Shown here one piece after another: positions 31,301 to 47,149 of a stretch of DNA of 64,000 nt (the first letter of the stretch is position 1; each line of letters opens with the position of its first letter). Below the pieces are notes generated by a model that saw nothing but the letters and a program-made list of their open reading frames with translations, did no database searches and was not told the origin of the DNA. The DNA is from Eledone cirrhosa (Eukaryota), in the NCBI GenBank assembly GCA_964016885.1, contig OZ024743.1, forward strand, positions 137,020,001 through 137,084,000, read 5' to 3'. The position numbers and the translations under genes are program-made.

Positions 31301-31690
31301 AACACCAGATATCAAGCACCAAGCACCAAACACCAAACACCAAGCACCAAGCACCAAACACCAAACAACAAGCACCAGGCACCAAGCACCAAACACCAAA
31401 CACCAAGCACCAAACACCAAGCACCAAGCACCAAACACCAAACCACAAGCACCAAACACCAAACCCCAAGCACCAAACACCAAACACCAAACACCAAGCA
31501 CGCAGCATCAAAGACCAAGCACCAAGCACCAAGCACCAAACACCAAGCACCAAGCACCAAATACCAAGCACCAAACACAAAGCACCAAGCACCAAACACC
31601 AAGCACCAAGCACCAAACACCAAGCACCAAGCACCAAACACCAAACCACAAGCACCAAACACCAAACCCCAAGCACCAAGCACCAAACAC
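22340..31690 (+). repeat. Diverged tandem duplication, unit ~4.7-4.85 kb, with an internal 1,539-bp repeat
   Basis: ORF offsets 22569/27235 (4666), 23974/28822 and 24324/29172 (4848), 25398/30204 and 25934/30740 (4806). Shared 6-bp units at 23182/27848, 24091/28939 and 25896/30702. Internal offset 24695/26234 = 1539. Confidence 0.85.
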
Positions 31691-34600
31691 TAATCACCAA
31701 GCACCAAGCACCAAACAACAAGCACCAAGCACCAAGCACCAGGCACCAAGCACCAAGCACCAAACACTAATCACCAAGCACCAAGCACCAAGCACCAACC
31801 ACCCAGCACCAAGCACCAAGCACCAAACACCAAGCACCAAACACCAAGCACCAAGCACCAAGCACCAAGCACCAAGCACCAAACACGAAGCACCAAGCAC
31901 TAAGCACCAAACACCAAGCCCCAAGTACCAAGCACCAAACACCAAACACCAAGCACCAAGCACCAATCACGAAACACCAAGAACCAAGCACCAAACACCA
32001 AGCCTTTAGGACCAAGCACCAGGCACCAAGCACCAAGCACCAAACACAAAACACCAAGCACCAAGCACCAAGCAGCAAACACCAAGCATCAAACACCAAG
32101 CATCAAACACCAAACACCAAACACCAAGCACCAAACACCAAGCACCAAGCACCAAACACCAAACACCAAGCACCAAGCACCAAGCACCAAACACCAAACA
32201 CCAAGCACCATACACCAAACACCAAGCACCAAGCACCAAACACCAAACAACAAGCACCAGGCAACAAGCACCAAACACCAAACACCAAGCATGCAGCATT
32301 AAACACCAAGCACCAAGCACCAAACACCAAGCACCAAGCACCAAGCACCAAGTACCAAACACCAAACACCAAGCACCAAACACCAAACACCAAGCACCAA
32401 GCACCAAGCACGAAACACCAGGCACCAAGCACCAAGCACCAAACACCAAACACCAAGCACCAAACACCAGCCACCAAGCACCAAGCACCAAACACTAATC
32501 ACCAAGCACCAAGCACCAAACACCAAGCACCAAGCACCAAACACCAAACCCCAACCACCATAGACCAAGCACCAAGCACCAAGGAACAAACACCAAGCAC
32601 CAAGCACCAAGCACCACACACCAAGCACCAAGCACCAAGCACTAAACAGCAAGCACCAAACACCAAACACCAAACAGCAAACACCAAACAGCAAACACCA
32701 AACACCAAACAGCAAACAGCAAACGCCAAACACCAAGCACCAAGCACCAAGCCCCAAACACCAAGCACCAAGCACCAAGAACCAAACACCAAACACCAAA
32801 CAGCAAGCACCAAGCACCAAACACCAAGCACCAAACACCAAACCCCAAGCACCAATCACCAAACACTAATCACCAAGCACCAAGCACCAAACACCGAGCA
32901 CCAAACACCAAGCACCAAGCACCAAACACCAAACCCCAACCACCATAGACCAAGCACCAAGCACCAAGGAACAAACACCAAGCACCAAGCACCAAGCACC
33001 AAACACCAAGCACCAAGCACCAAACACCCAGCACCAAGCACCAAGCATCAAACAACAAGCACCAAGCACCAAACACCAAACACCAAACACCAAGCACCAA
33101 GCACTAAACAGCAAGCACCAAACACCAAATACCAAACAGCAAACACCAAACAGCAAACACCAAACACCAAACAGCAAACAGCAAACGCCAAACACCAAGC
33201 ACCAAGCACCAAGCACCAAACACCAAGCACCAAGCACCAAGCACAAAACACCAAACACCAAGCACCAAACACCAAGCATCAAACACCAAGCACCAAGCAC
33301 CAAACACCAAACACCAAGCACCAAACACCAAGCACCAAACACCAAGCACCAAACACCAAGCACCAAACACGAAACACCAAGCACCAAGCACCAAGCACCA
33401 AACACCAAGTACCAAACACCAAGCACCAAACACCAAGTCCCACTCACCAAGCAGCAAACACCAAGCACCAAGCCCCAAGCACCAAGCACCAAGCACCAAG
33501 CACCAAGCCCCTAGCACCAAACACCAAACACCAAGCACCAAGCACAAAACACCAAGCACCAATCACCTAGCACCAAACACCAAGCATCAAGCAGCAAGCA
33601 CCAAACACCAAACACCAAGCACCAAGCACCAAATACCAAACACCAAGCACCAAGCACCAAACACCAAACACCAAGCACCAAGCACCAAGAACCAAACAAC
33701 AAACACCAAGCACCAAACACCAGATATCAAGCACCAAGCACCACACACCAAACACCAAGCACCAAGCACCAAACACCAAACAACAAGCACCAGGCACCAA
33801 GCACCAAACACCAAACACCAAGCACCAAACACCAAGCACCAAGCACCAAACACCAAACCACAAGCACCAAACACCAAACCCCAAGCACCAAACACCAAAC
33901 ACCAAGCACGCAGCATCAAAGACCAAGCACCAAGCACCAAGCACCAAACACCAAGCACCAAGCACCAAATACCAAGCACCAAACACAAAGCACCAAGCAC
34001 CAAACACCAAGCACCAAGCACCAAACACCAAGCACCAAGCACCAAACACCAAACCACAAGCACCAAACACCAAACCCCAAGCACCAAGCACCAAACACTA
34101 ATCACCAAGCACCAAGCACCAAACAACAAGCACCAAGCACCAAGCACCAGGCACCAAGCACCAAGCACCAAACACTAATCACCAAGCACCAAGCACCAAG
34201 CACCAACCACCCAGCACCAAGCACCAAGCACCAAACACCAAGCACCAAACACCAAGCACCAAGCACCAAGCACCAAGCACCAAGCACCAAACACGAAGCA
34301 CCAAGCACTAAGCACCAAACACCAAGCCCCAAGTACCAAGCACCAAACACCAAACACCAAGCACCAAGCACCAATCACCAAACACCAAGAACCAAGCACC
34401 AAGCACCAAGCCTTTAGGACCAAGCACCAGGCACCAAGCACCAAGCACCAAACACAAAACACCAAGCACCAAGCACCAAGCAGCAAACACCAAGCATCAA
34501 ACACCAAACACCAAACACCAAGCACCAAACACCAAGCACCAAGCACCAAACACCAAACACCAAGCACCAAGCACCAAGCACCAAACACCAAACACCAAGC

Positions 34601-35960
34601 ACCATACACCAAACACCAAGCACCAAGCACCAAACACCAAACAACAAGCACCAGGCAACAAGCACCAAACACCAAACACCAAGCATGCAGCATTAAACAC
34701 CAAGCACCAAGCACCAAACACCAAGCACCAAGCACCAAGCACCAAGTACCAAACACCAAACACCAAGCACCAAACACCAAACACCAAGCACCAAGCACCA
34801 AGCACGAAACACCAGGCACCAAGCACCAAGCACCAAACACCAAACACCAAGCACCAAACACCAGCCACCAAGCACCAAGCACCAAACACTAATCACCAAG
34901 CACCAAGCACCAAACACCAAGCACCAAGCACCAAACACCAAACCCCAACCACAATAGATCAAGCACCAAGCACCAAGGAACAAACACCAAGCACCAAGCA
35001 CCAAGCACCACACACCAAGCACCAAGCACCAAGCACTAAACAGCAAGCACCAAACACCAAACACCAAACAGCAAACACCAAACAGCAAACACCAAACACC
35101 AAACAGCAAACAGCAAACGCCAAACACCAAGCACCAAGCACCAAGCACCAAACACCAAGCACCAAGCACCAAGAACCAAACACCAAACACCAAACAGCAA
35201 GCACCAAGCACCAAACACCAAGAACCAAACACCAAACCCCAAGCACCAATCACCAAACACTAATCACCAAGCACCAAGCACCAAACACCGAGCACCAAAC
35301 ACCAAGCACCAAGCACCAAACACCAAACCCCAACCACCATAGACGAAACACCAAGCACCAAGGAACAAACACCAAGCACCAAGCACCAAGCACCAAACAC
35401 CAAGCACCAAGCACCAAACACCCAGCACCAAGCACCAAGCATCAAACAACAAGCACCAAGCACCAAACACCAAACACCAAACACCAAGCACCAAGCACTA
35501 AACAGCAAGCACCAAACACCAAACACCAAACAGCAAACACCAAACAGCAAACACCAAACACCAAACAGCAAACAGCAAACGCCAAACACCAAGTACCAAA
35601 CACCAAGCACCAAGCACCAAGCACAAAACACCAAACACCAAGCACCAAACACCAAGCACCAAACACCAAGCACCAAACACGAAACACCAAGCACCAAGCA
35701 CCAAGCACCAAACACCAAGTACCAAACACCAAGCACCAAACACCAAGTCCCACTCACCAAGCAGCAAACACCAAGCACCAAGCCCCAAGCACCAAGCACC
35801 AAGCACCAAGCACCAAGCCCTTAGCACCAAACACCAAACACCAAGCACCAAGCACAAAACACCAAGCACCAATCACCTAGCACCAAACACCAAGCATCAA
35901 GCAGCAAGCACCAAACACCAAACACCAAGCACCAAGCACCAAATACCAAACACCAAGCAC
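31270..35960 (+). repeat. Older tandem duplication, unit ~2.4 kb (offset 2,394-2,408), also present in large copy B
   Basis: ORF offsets 31694/34102 (2408); 32103/34497, 32299/34693 and 32856/35250 (2394). Rare markers CCTTTAGGACC, CATGCAGCATTAAA and TCCCACT each occur once per unit. Confidence 0.88.
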
Positions 35961-38900
35961 CAAGGACCAAACATCAAACACCAAGCACCAAGCACCAAAC
36001 GCCTAACACCAAGCACCAAGCACCAAGCACCAAGCACCAAACACCAAGTACCAATCACCATACACCAAGCACCAAGCACCAAACACCAAGCACCAGGCAC
36101 CAAGCACCAAACACCAAGCACCAAGCACCAAACAGCAAGCACCAAGACCGAAGCACCAAACACCAAGCACCAAGCACAAAGCACCAGGCACCAAGCACCA
36201 AAAACAAACACCAAGCACCAAGTACCAAACACCAAGCACTAAGAACCAAACACCAAGCACCAAGCACCAATCACCAAACACCAAGAACCAAGCACCAAAC
36301 AGCAAGCACCAAGCACCAAGCACCAGGCACCAAGCACCAAGCAACAGACACAAAACACCAAGCACCAAGCACCAAGCAGCAAACACCAAGCATCAAACAC
36401 CAAACACCAAACACCAAGCACCAAACACCAAGCACCAAGCACCAAACACCAAACACCAAGCACCAAGCACCAAGCACCAAGCACCAAACACCAAACACCA
36501 AGCACCAAGCGCCAAACACCAAACAACAAGCACCAGGCACCAAGCACCAAACACCAAACACCAAGCACCAAGCACCAAACACCAAACACCAAGCACGCAG
36601 CATCAAACACCAAGCACCAAGCACCAAGCACCAAGCACCAAACACCAAACACCAAGCACCAAGCACCAAGCCCCAAGCAGCAAGCACCAAACACCAAGCA
36701 ACAAGCACCAAACACCAAGTACCAAGCACCAATCACCAAGCACCAAACACCAAGCACCAAAAAATAAGCACCAAGCACCAAACACCAAGCACCAAGCACC
36801 AAACACCAACCACCCGGCACCAAGAACCAAGCACCAAACACCAAGCACCAAACACCAAACACCAAGCACCAAGCACCAAGCGCCAAGCTCCAAACACCAA
36901 GCACCAAGCACTAAGCACCAAACACCAAGCACCAAGCACCAAACACCAAGCACCAGGCACCAAGCACCAAACACCAAGCACCTAGCACCAAACACCAAAC
37001 ACCAAGCACCAAGCACCAAACACCAAGCACCAATCACCAAGCACCAAACACCAAGCAGCAAGCAACAAGCACAAAGCACCAAACACCAAGCACCAGGCAC
37101 CAAGCACCAAACACCAAGCACCATGCACCAAGCACCATGCCCCAAACACTTAACACCAAGCACCAAGCACCAAACACCAAGCACCAAAAACCAAACACCA
37201 AGCACCAACTACTAAACACAAAGCACCAAACACCAAGCACCAAACACCAAGCACCAAGCACCAAACACCAAACACCAAGCACCAAGCACCAAGCACCAAA
37301 CACCAAACACCAAGCACCATACACCAAACACCAAGCACCAAGCACCAAACACCAAACAACAAGCACCAGGCAACAAGCACCAAACACCAAACACCAAGCA
37401 TGCAGCATTAAACACCAAGCACCAAGCACCAAACACCAAGCACCAAGCACCAAGCACCAAGTACCAAACACCAAACACCAAGCACCAAACACCAAACACC
37501 AAGCACCAAGCACCAAGCACGAAACACCAGGCACCAAGCACCAAGCACCAAACACCAAACACCAAGCACCAAACACCAGCCACCAAGCACCAAGCACCAA
37601 ACACTAATCACCAAGCACCAAGCACCAAACACCAAGCACCAAGCACCAAACACCAAACCCCAACCACCATAGACCAAGCACCAAGCACCAAGGAACAAAC
37701 ACCAAGCACCAAGCACCAAGCACCACACACCAAGCACCAAGCACCAAGCACTAAACAGCAAGCACCAAACACCAAACACCAAACAGCAAACACCAAACAG
37801 CAAACACCAAACACCAAACAGCAAACAGCAAACGCCAAACACCAAGCACCAAGCACCAAGCCCCAAACACCAAGCACCCAGCACCAAGAACCAAACACCA
37901 AACACCAAACAGCAAGCACCAAGCACCAAACACCAAGCACCAAACACCAAACCCCAAGCACCAATCACCAAACACTAATCACCAAGCACCAAGCACCAAA
38001 CACCGAGCACCAAACACCAAGCACCAAGCACCAAACACCAAACCCCAACCACCATAGACCAAGCACCAAGCACCAAGGAACAAACACCAAGCACCAAGCA
38101 CCAAGCACCAAACACCAAGCACCAAGCACCAAACACCCAGCACCAAGCACCAAGCATCAAACAACAAGCACCAAGCACCAAACACCAAACACCAAACACC
38201 AAGCACCAAGCACTAAACAGCAAGCACCAAACACCAAATACCAAACAGCAAACACCAAACAGCAAACACCAAACACCAAACAGCAAACAGCAAACGCCAA
38301 ACACCAAGCACCAAGCACCAAGCACCAAACACCAAGCACCAAGCACCAAGCACAAAACACCAAACACCAAGCACCAAACACCAAGCCTCAAACACCAAGC
38401 ACCAAGCACCAAACACCAAACACCAAGCACCAAACACCAAGCACCAAACACCAAGCACCAAACACCAAGCACCAAACACGAAACACCAAGCACCAAGCAC
38501 CAAGCACCAAACACCAAGTACCAAACACCAAGCACCAAACACCAAGTCCCACTCACCAAGCAGCAAACACCAAGCACCAAGCCCCAAGCACCAAGCACCA
38601 AGCACCAAGCACCAAGCCCCTAGCACCAAACACCAAACACCAAGCACCAAGCACAAAACACCAAGCACCAATCACCTAGCACCAAACACCAAGCATCAAG
38701 CAGCAAGCACCAAACACCAAACACCAAGCACCAAGCACCAAATACCAAACACCAAGCACCAAGCACCAAACACCAAACACCAAGCACCAAGCACCAAGAA
38801 CCAAACAACAAACACCAAGCACCAAACACCAGATATCAAGCACCAAGCACCACACACCAAACACCAAGCACCAAGCACCAAACACCAAACAACAAGCACC

Positions 38901-41900
38901 AGGCACCAAGCACCAAACACCAAACACCAAGCACCAAACACCAAGCACCAAGCACCAAACACCAAACCACAAGCACCAAACACCAAACCCCAAGCACCAA
39001 ACACCAAACACCAAGCACGCAGCATCAAAGACCAAGCACCAAGCACCAAGCACCAAACACCAAGCACCAAGCACCAAATACCAAGCACCAAACACAAAGC
39101 ACCAAGCACCAAACACCAAGCACCAAGCACCAAACACCAAGCACCAAGCACCAAACACCAAACCACAAGCACCAAACACCAAACCCCAAGCACCAAGCAC
39201 CAAACACTAATCACCAAGCACCAAGCACCAAACAACAAGCACCAAGCACCAAGCACCAGGCACCAAGCACCAAGCACCAAACACTAATCACCAAGCACCA
39301 AGCACCAAGCACCAACCACCCAGCACCAAGCACCAAGCACCAAACACCAAGCACCAAACACCAAGCACCAAGCACCAAGCACCAAGCACCAAGCACCAAA
39401 CACGAAGCACCAAGCACTAAGCACCAAACACCAAGCCCCAAGTACCAAGCACCAAACACCAAACACCAAGCACCAAGCACCAATCACCAAACACCAAGAA
39501 CCAAGCACCAAGCACCAAGCCTTTAGGACCAAGCACCAGGCACCAAGCACCAAGCACCAAACACAAAACACCAAGCACCAAGCACCAAGCAGCAAACACC
39601 AAGCATCAAACACCAAACACCAAACACCAAGCACCAAACACCAAGCACCAAGCACCAAACACCAAACACCAAGCACCAAGCACCAAGCACCAAACACCAA
39701 ACACCAAGCACCATACACCAAACACCAAGCACCAAGCACCAAACACCAAACAACAAGCACCAGGCAACAAGCACCAAACACCAAACACCAAGCATGCCGC
39801 ATTAAACACCAAGCACCAAGCACCAAACACCAAGCACCAAGCACCAAGCACCAAGTACCAAACACCAAACACCAAGCACCAAACACCAAACACCAAGCAC
39901 CAAGCACCAAGCACGAAACACCAGGCACCAAGCACCAAGCACCAAACACCAAACACCAAGCACCAAACACCAGCCACCAAGCACCAAGCACCAAACACTA
40001 ATCACCAAGCACCAAGCACCAAACACCAAGCACCAAGCACCAAACACCAAACCCCAACCACAATAGATCAAGCACCAAGCACCAAGGAACAAACACCAAG
40101 CACCAAGCACCAAGCACCACACACCAAGCACCAAGCACCAAGCACTAAACAGCAAGCACCAAACACCAAACACCAAACAGCAAACACCAAACAGCAAACA
40201 CCAAACACCAAACAGCAAACAGCAAACGCCAAACACCAAGCACCAAGCACCAAGCACCAAACACCAAGCACCAAGCACCAAGAACCAAACACCAAACACC
40301 AAACAGCAAGCACCAAGCACCAAACACCAAGCACCAAACACCAAACCCCAAGCACCAATCACCAAACACTAATCACCAAGCACCAAGCACCAAACACCGA
40401 GCACCAAACACCAAGCACCAAGCACCAAACACCAAACCCCAACCACCATAGACGAAACACCAAGCACCAAGGAACAAACACCAAGCACCAAGCACCAAGC
40501 ACCAAACACCAAGCACCAAGCACCAAACACCCAGCACCAAGCACCAAGCATCAAACAACAAGCACCAAGCACCAAACACCAAACACCAAACACCAAGCAC
40601 CAAGCACTAAACAGCAAGCACCAAACACCAAACACCAAACAGCAAACACCAAACAGCAAACACCAAACACCAAACAGCAAACAGCAAACGCCAAACACCA
40701 AGCACCAAACACCAAGCACCAAGCACCAAGCACAAAACACCAAACACCAAGCACCAAACACCAAGCACCAAACACCAAGCACCAAACACGAAACACCAAG
40801 CACCAAGCACCAAGCACCAAACACCAAGTACCAAACACCAAGCACCAAACACCAAGTCCCACTCACCAAGCAGCAAACACCAAGCACCAAGCCCCAAGCA
40901 CCAAGCACCAAGCACCAAGCACCAAGCCCCTAGCACCAAACACCAAACACCAAGCACCAAGCACAAAACACCAAGCACCAATCACCTAGCACCAAACACC
41001 AAGCATCAAGCAGCAAGCACCAAACACCAAACACCAAGCACCAAGCACCAAATACCAAACACCAAGCACCAAGGACCAAACATCAAACACCAAGCACCAA
41101 GCACCAAACGCCTAACACCAAGCACCAAGCACCAAGCACCAAGCACCAAACACCAAGTACCAATCACCATACACCAAGCACCAAGCACCAAACACCAAGC
41201 ACCAGGCACCAAGCACCAAACACCAAGCACCAAGCACCAAACAGCAAGCACCAAGACCGAAGCACCAAACACCAAGCACCAAGCACAAAGCACCAAGCAC
41301 CAAGCACCAAAAACAAACACCAAGCACCAAGTACCAAACACCAAGCACTAAGAACCAAACACCAAGCACCAAGCACCAATCACCAAACACCAAGAACCAA
41401 GCACCAAACAGCAAGCACCAAGCACCAAGCACCAGGCACCAAGCACCAAGCAACAGACACAAAACACCAAGCACCAAGCACCAAGCAGCAAACACCAAGC
41501 ATCAAACACCAAACACCAAACACCAAGCACCAAACACCAAGCACCAAGCACCAAACACCAAACACCAAGCACCAAGCACCAAGCACCAAGCACCAAACAC
41601 CAAACACCAAGCACCAAGCGCCAAACACCAAACAACAAGCACCAGGCACCAAGCACCAAACACCAAACACCAAGCACCAAGCACCAAACACCAAACACCA
41701 AGCACGCAGCATCAAACACCAAGCACCAAGCACCAAGCACCAAGCACCAAACACCAAACACCAAGCACCAAGCACCAAACACAAAACACCAAGCACCAAG
41801 CACCAAGCAGCAAACACCAAGCATCAAACACCAAACACCAAACACCAAGCACCAAACACCAAGCACCAAGCACCAAACACCAAACACCAAGCACCAAGCA

Positions 41901-44550
41901 CCAAGCACCAAACACCAAACACCAAGCACCATACACCAAACACCAAGCACCAAGCACCAAACACCAAACAACAAGCACCAGGCAACAAGCACCAAACACC
42001 AAACACCAAGCATGCCGCATTAAACACCAAGCACCAAGCACCAAACACCAAGCACCAAGCACCAAGCACCAAGTACCAAACACCAAACACCAAGCACCAA
42101 ACACCAAACACCAAGCACCAAGCACCAAGCACGAAACACCAGGCACCAAGCACCAAGCACCAAACACCAAACACCAAGCACCAAACACCAGCCACCAAGC
42201 ACCAAGCACCAAACACTAATCACCAAGCACCAAGCACCAAACACCAAGCACCAAGCACCAAACACCAAACCCCAACCACAATAGATCAAGCACCAAGCAC
42301 CAAGGAACAAACACCAAGCACCAAGCACCAAGCACCACACACCAAGCACCAAGCACCAAGCACTAAACAGCAAGCACCAAACACCAAACACCAAACAGCA
42401 AACACCAAACAGCAAACACCAAACACCAAACAGCAAACAGCAAACGCCAAACACCAAGCACCAAGCACCAAGCACCAAACACCAAGCACCAAGCACCAAG
42501 AACCAAACACCAAACACCAAACAGCAAGCACCAAGCACCAAACACCAAGCACCAAACACCAAACCCCAAGCACCAATCACCAAACACTAATCACCAAGCA
42601 CCAAGCACCAAACACCGAGCACCAAACACCAAGCACCAAGCACCAAACACCAAACCCCAACCACCATAGACGAAACACCAAGCACCAAGGAACAAACACC
42701 AAGCACCAAGCACCAAGCACCAAACACCAAGCACCAAGCACCAAACACCCAGCACCAAGCACCAAGCATCAAACAACAAGCACCAAGCACCAAACACCAA
42801 ACACCAAACACCAAGCACCAAGCACTAAACAGCAAGCACCAAACACCAAACACCAAACAGCAAACACCAAACAGCAAACACCAAACACCAAACAGCAAAC
42901 AGCAAACGCCAAACACCAAGCACCAAACACCAAGCACCAAGCACCAAGCACAAAACACCAAACACCAAGCACCAAACACCAAGCACCAAACACCAAGCAC
43001 CAAACACGAAACACCAAGCACCAAGCACCAAGCACCAAACACCAAGTACCAAACACCAAGCACCAAACACCAAGTCCCACTCACCAAGCAGCAAACACCA
43101 AGCACCAAGCCCCAAGCACCAAGCACCAAGCACCAAGCACCAAGCCCCTAGCACCAAACACCAAACACCAAGCACCAAGCACAAAACACCAAGCACCAAT
43201 CACCTAGCACCAAACACCAAGCATCAAGCAGCAAGCACCAAACACCAAACACCAAGCACCAAGCACCAAATACCAAACACCAAGCACCAAGGACCAAACA
43301 TCAAACACCAAGCACCAAGCACCAAACGCCTAACACCAAGCACCAAGCACCAAGCACCAAGCACCAAACACCAAGTACCAATCACCATACACCAAGCACC
43401 AAGCACCAAACACCAAGCACCAGGCACCAAGCACCAAACACCAAGCACCAAGCACCAAACAGCAAGCACCAAGACCGAAGCACCAAACACCAAGCACCAA
43501 GCACAAAGCACCAAGCACCAAGCACCAAAAACAAACACCAAGCACCAAGTACCAAACACCAAGCACTAAGAACCAAACACCAAGCACCAAGCACCAATCA
43601 CCAAACACCAAGAACCAAGCACCAAACAGCAAGCACCAAGCACCAAGCACCAGGCACCAAGCACCAAGCAACAGACACAAAACACCAAGCACCAAGCACC
43701 AAGCAGCAAACACCAAGCATCAAACACCAAACACCAAACACCAAGCACCAAACACCAAGCACCAAGCACCAAACACCAAACACCAAGCACCAAGCACCAA
43801 GCACCAAGCACCAAACACCAAACACCAAGCACCAAGCGCCAAACACCAAACAACAAGCACCAGGCACCAAGCACCAAACACCAAACACCAAGCACCAAGC
43901 ACCAAACACCAAACACAGAGCACGCAGCATCAAACACCAAGCACCAAGCACCAAGCACCAAGCACCAAACACCAAACACCAAGCACCAAGCACCAAGCCC
44001 CAAGCAGCAAGCACCAAACACCAAGCAACAAGCACCAAACACCAAGTACCAAGCACCAATCACCAAGCACCAAACACCAAGCACCAAAAAATAAGCACCA
44101 AGCACCAAACACCAAGCACCAAGCACCAAACACCAACCACCCGGCACCAAGAACCAAGCACCAAACACCAAGCACCAAACACCAAACACCAAGCACCAAG
44201 CACCAAGCGCCAAGCTCCAAACACCAAGCACCAAGCACTAAGCACCAAACACCAAGCACCAAGCACCAAACACCAAGCACCAGGCACCAAGCACCAAACA
44301 CCAAGCACCTAGCACCAAACACCAAACACCAAGCACCAAGCACCAAACACCAAGCACCAATCACCAAGCACCAAACACCAAGCAGCAAGCAACAAGCACA
44401 AAGCACCAAACACCAAGCACCAGGCACCAAGCACCAAACACCAAGCACCATGCACCAAGCACCATGCCCCAAACACTTAACACCAAGCACCAAGCACCAA
44501 ACACCAAGCACCAAAAACCAAACACCAAGCACCAACTACTAAACACCAAG
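32115..44550 (+). repeat. Tandem duplication, unit 5,109 bp (copy 1 32115-37223; copy 2 from 37224, itself lengthened by the 2,218-bp duplication)
   Basis: Constant 5,109 offset (32299/37408, 33511/38620, 34102/39211, 35897/41006, GATATC 33723/38832). The junction follows CACCAAC TACTAAA CACAAAG at ~37203-37223. Confidence 0.95.
39541..43976 (+). repeat. Nested tandem duplication, unit 2,218 bp (39541-41758 and 41759-43976)
   Basis: Constant 2,218 offset (39606/41824, 39802/42020, 41006/43224, 41502/43720). Both copies carry the private variant CATGCCG (39793, 42011). Confidence 0.95.
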
Positions 44551-47149
44551 CACCAAACACCAAACACCAAGCATCAAACACCAAACACCAAACACCAAGC
44601 ACCAAACACCAAGCACCAAGCACCAAACTCCAAACACCAAGCACCAAGCACCAAACAACAAGCACCAAGCACCAAACACCAAACACCAAGCACGCAGCAT
44701 CAAACACCAAGCACCAAGCACCAAGCACCAAACACCAAGCACCAAGCACCAAGCACCAAACACCAAACAACAAGCACCAGGCCCCAAGCAGCAAACACGA
44801 AACACCAAGCACGCATCACCAAGCACCAAGCACCAAACACCAAACACCTAACACCAAGCACCAAGAACCAAACACCAAACACCAAACAGCAAGCACCAAG
44901 CACCAAACACCAAGCACCAAACACCAAACACCAAGCACCAATCACAAAACACTAATCACCAAGCACCAAGCACCAAACACCGAGCACCAAGCATCAAGCA
45001 CCAAACACCAAGCACCAAGCACCAAGAACCAAGCACCAAACACCAAGCACCAAGCACCAAACACCAAACCCGAAGCACCAAAGACCAAGCACCAAGCACC
45101 AAGGACCAAACACCAAGCACCAAGGACCAAGCAACAAACACCAAGCACCAAGCACCAAACACCCAGCACCAAGCACCAAGCACCAGGCACCAAGCACCAA
45201 ACACCAAACACCAAGCACGCAGCAACAAACAGCAAGCACCAAGCACCAAGCACCAAACACCAAGCACCAAGCACCAAGCACCAAGTACCAAACACCAAAC
45301 ACCAAGCACCAAACACCAAACACCAGGCACCAAGCACCAAGCACGAAAGACCATGCACCAAGCACCAAGCACCAAACACCAAACACCAAGCACCAAACAC
45401 CAGCCACGAAGCACCAAGCAGCAAACACCAAACACCAAGCACTAAGCACCAAAAACCAAACAACAAGCACCAGGCACCAAGCACCAAAAACCAAACACCA
45501 AGCACGCAGCACCAAACACCAAGCACCAAGCACCAAGCACCAAACACCAAACAACAAGCACCAGGTACCAAGCACCAAACACCAAACACCAAGTACCAAG
45601 CACCAAACACCAAACACCAAGCACCAAGCACCAAACACCAAGCACCAATCACCAAGCACCAAACACCAAGCAGCAAGCAGCAAGCACCAAACACCAAACA
45701 CCAAGCACCAAGCACCAAACACCTAACACCAAGCACCAAGCACCAAGCACCAAGCACCGAACACCAAGCACCAAACACCAAGCACCAAACACCAAGCACC
45801 AAGCACCAAACACCAAGCACCAAACACCAAGCACCAAGCACCAAGCACCAAACACCAAGCACCAGGCACCAAGCACCAAACACCAAGCACCATGCACCAA
45901 GCACCAAGCCCCAAACACTTAACACCAAGCACCAAGCACCAAACACCAAGCACCAAAAACCAAACACCAAGCACCAACTACTAAACACCAAGCACCAAGC
46001 ACCAAACACCAAGCACCAAGCACCAATCACCAAACACCAAGAACCAAGCACCAAACACCAAGCACCAAGGACCAAGCACCAGGCACCAAGCACAAAGCAC
46101 CAAACACAAAACACTAAGCACCAAACACAAAACACCAAGCACCAAGCACCAAGCAGCAAACACCAAGCATCAAACACCAAACACCAAACACCAAGCACCA
46201 AACACCAAGCACCAAGCAGCAAACACCAAACACCAAGCACCAAGCACCAAGCACCAAACACCAAACACCAAGCACCAAACACCAAACACCAACACCAAGC
46301 ACCAAACACCAAACAACAAGCACCAGGCACCAAGCACCAAAAACCAAACACCAAGCACGCAGCATCAAACAGCAAGCACCAAGCACCAAGCACCAAACAC
46401 CAAGCACCAAGCACCAAGCACCAAGTACCAAACACCAAACACCAAGCACCAAACACCAAACACCAGGCACCAAGCACCAAGCACGAAACACCATGCACCA
46501 AGCACCAAGCACCAAACACCAAACACCAAGCACCAAAAACCAGCCACCAAGCACCAAGCAGCAAACACCAAACACCAAGCACTAAGCACCAAAAACCAAA
46601 CAACAAACACCAGGCACCAAGCACCAAAAACCAAACACCAAGCACGCAGCACCAAACTCCAAGCACCAAGCACCAAACACCAAGCACCAAGCACCAAGCA
46701 CCAAACACCAAACACCAAACACCAAGCACCAAGAACCAACCACCAAACACCAAACCCTAATCACCAAGCACCAAGCACAAAACACCAAGCACCAAGCAGC
46801 AAGCACCAAACACCAAGCACCAAGCACCAATCACCAAACACCAAGAACCAAGAACCAAACACCAAGCACCAAGGACCAACTACCAGGCACCAAGCACAAA
46901 GCACCAAACACAAAACACTAAGCACCAAACACAAAACACCAAGCACCAAGCACCAAGCAGCAAACACCAAGCATCAAACACCAAACACCAAACACCAAGC
47001 ACCAAACACCAAGCACCAAGCAGCAAACACCAAACACCAAGCACCAAGCACCAAGCACCAAACACCAAACACCAAGCACCAAACACCAAACACCAAGCAC
47101 CAAGCACCAAACACCAAACAACAAGCACCAGGCACCAAGCATCAAGCAC

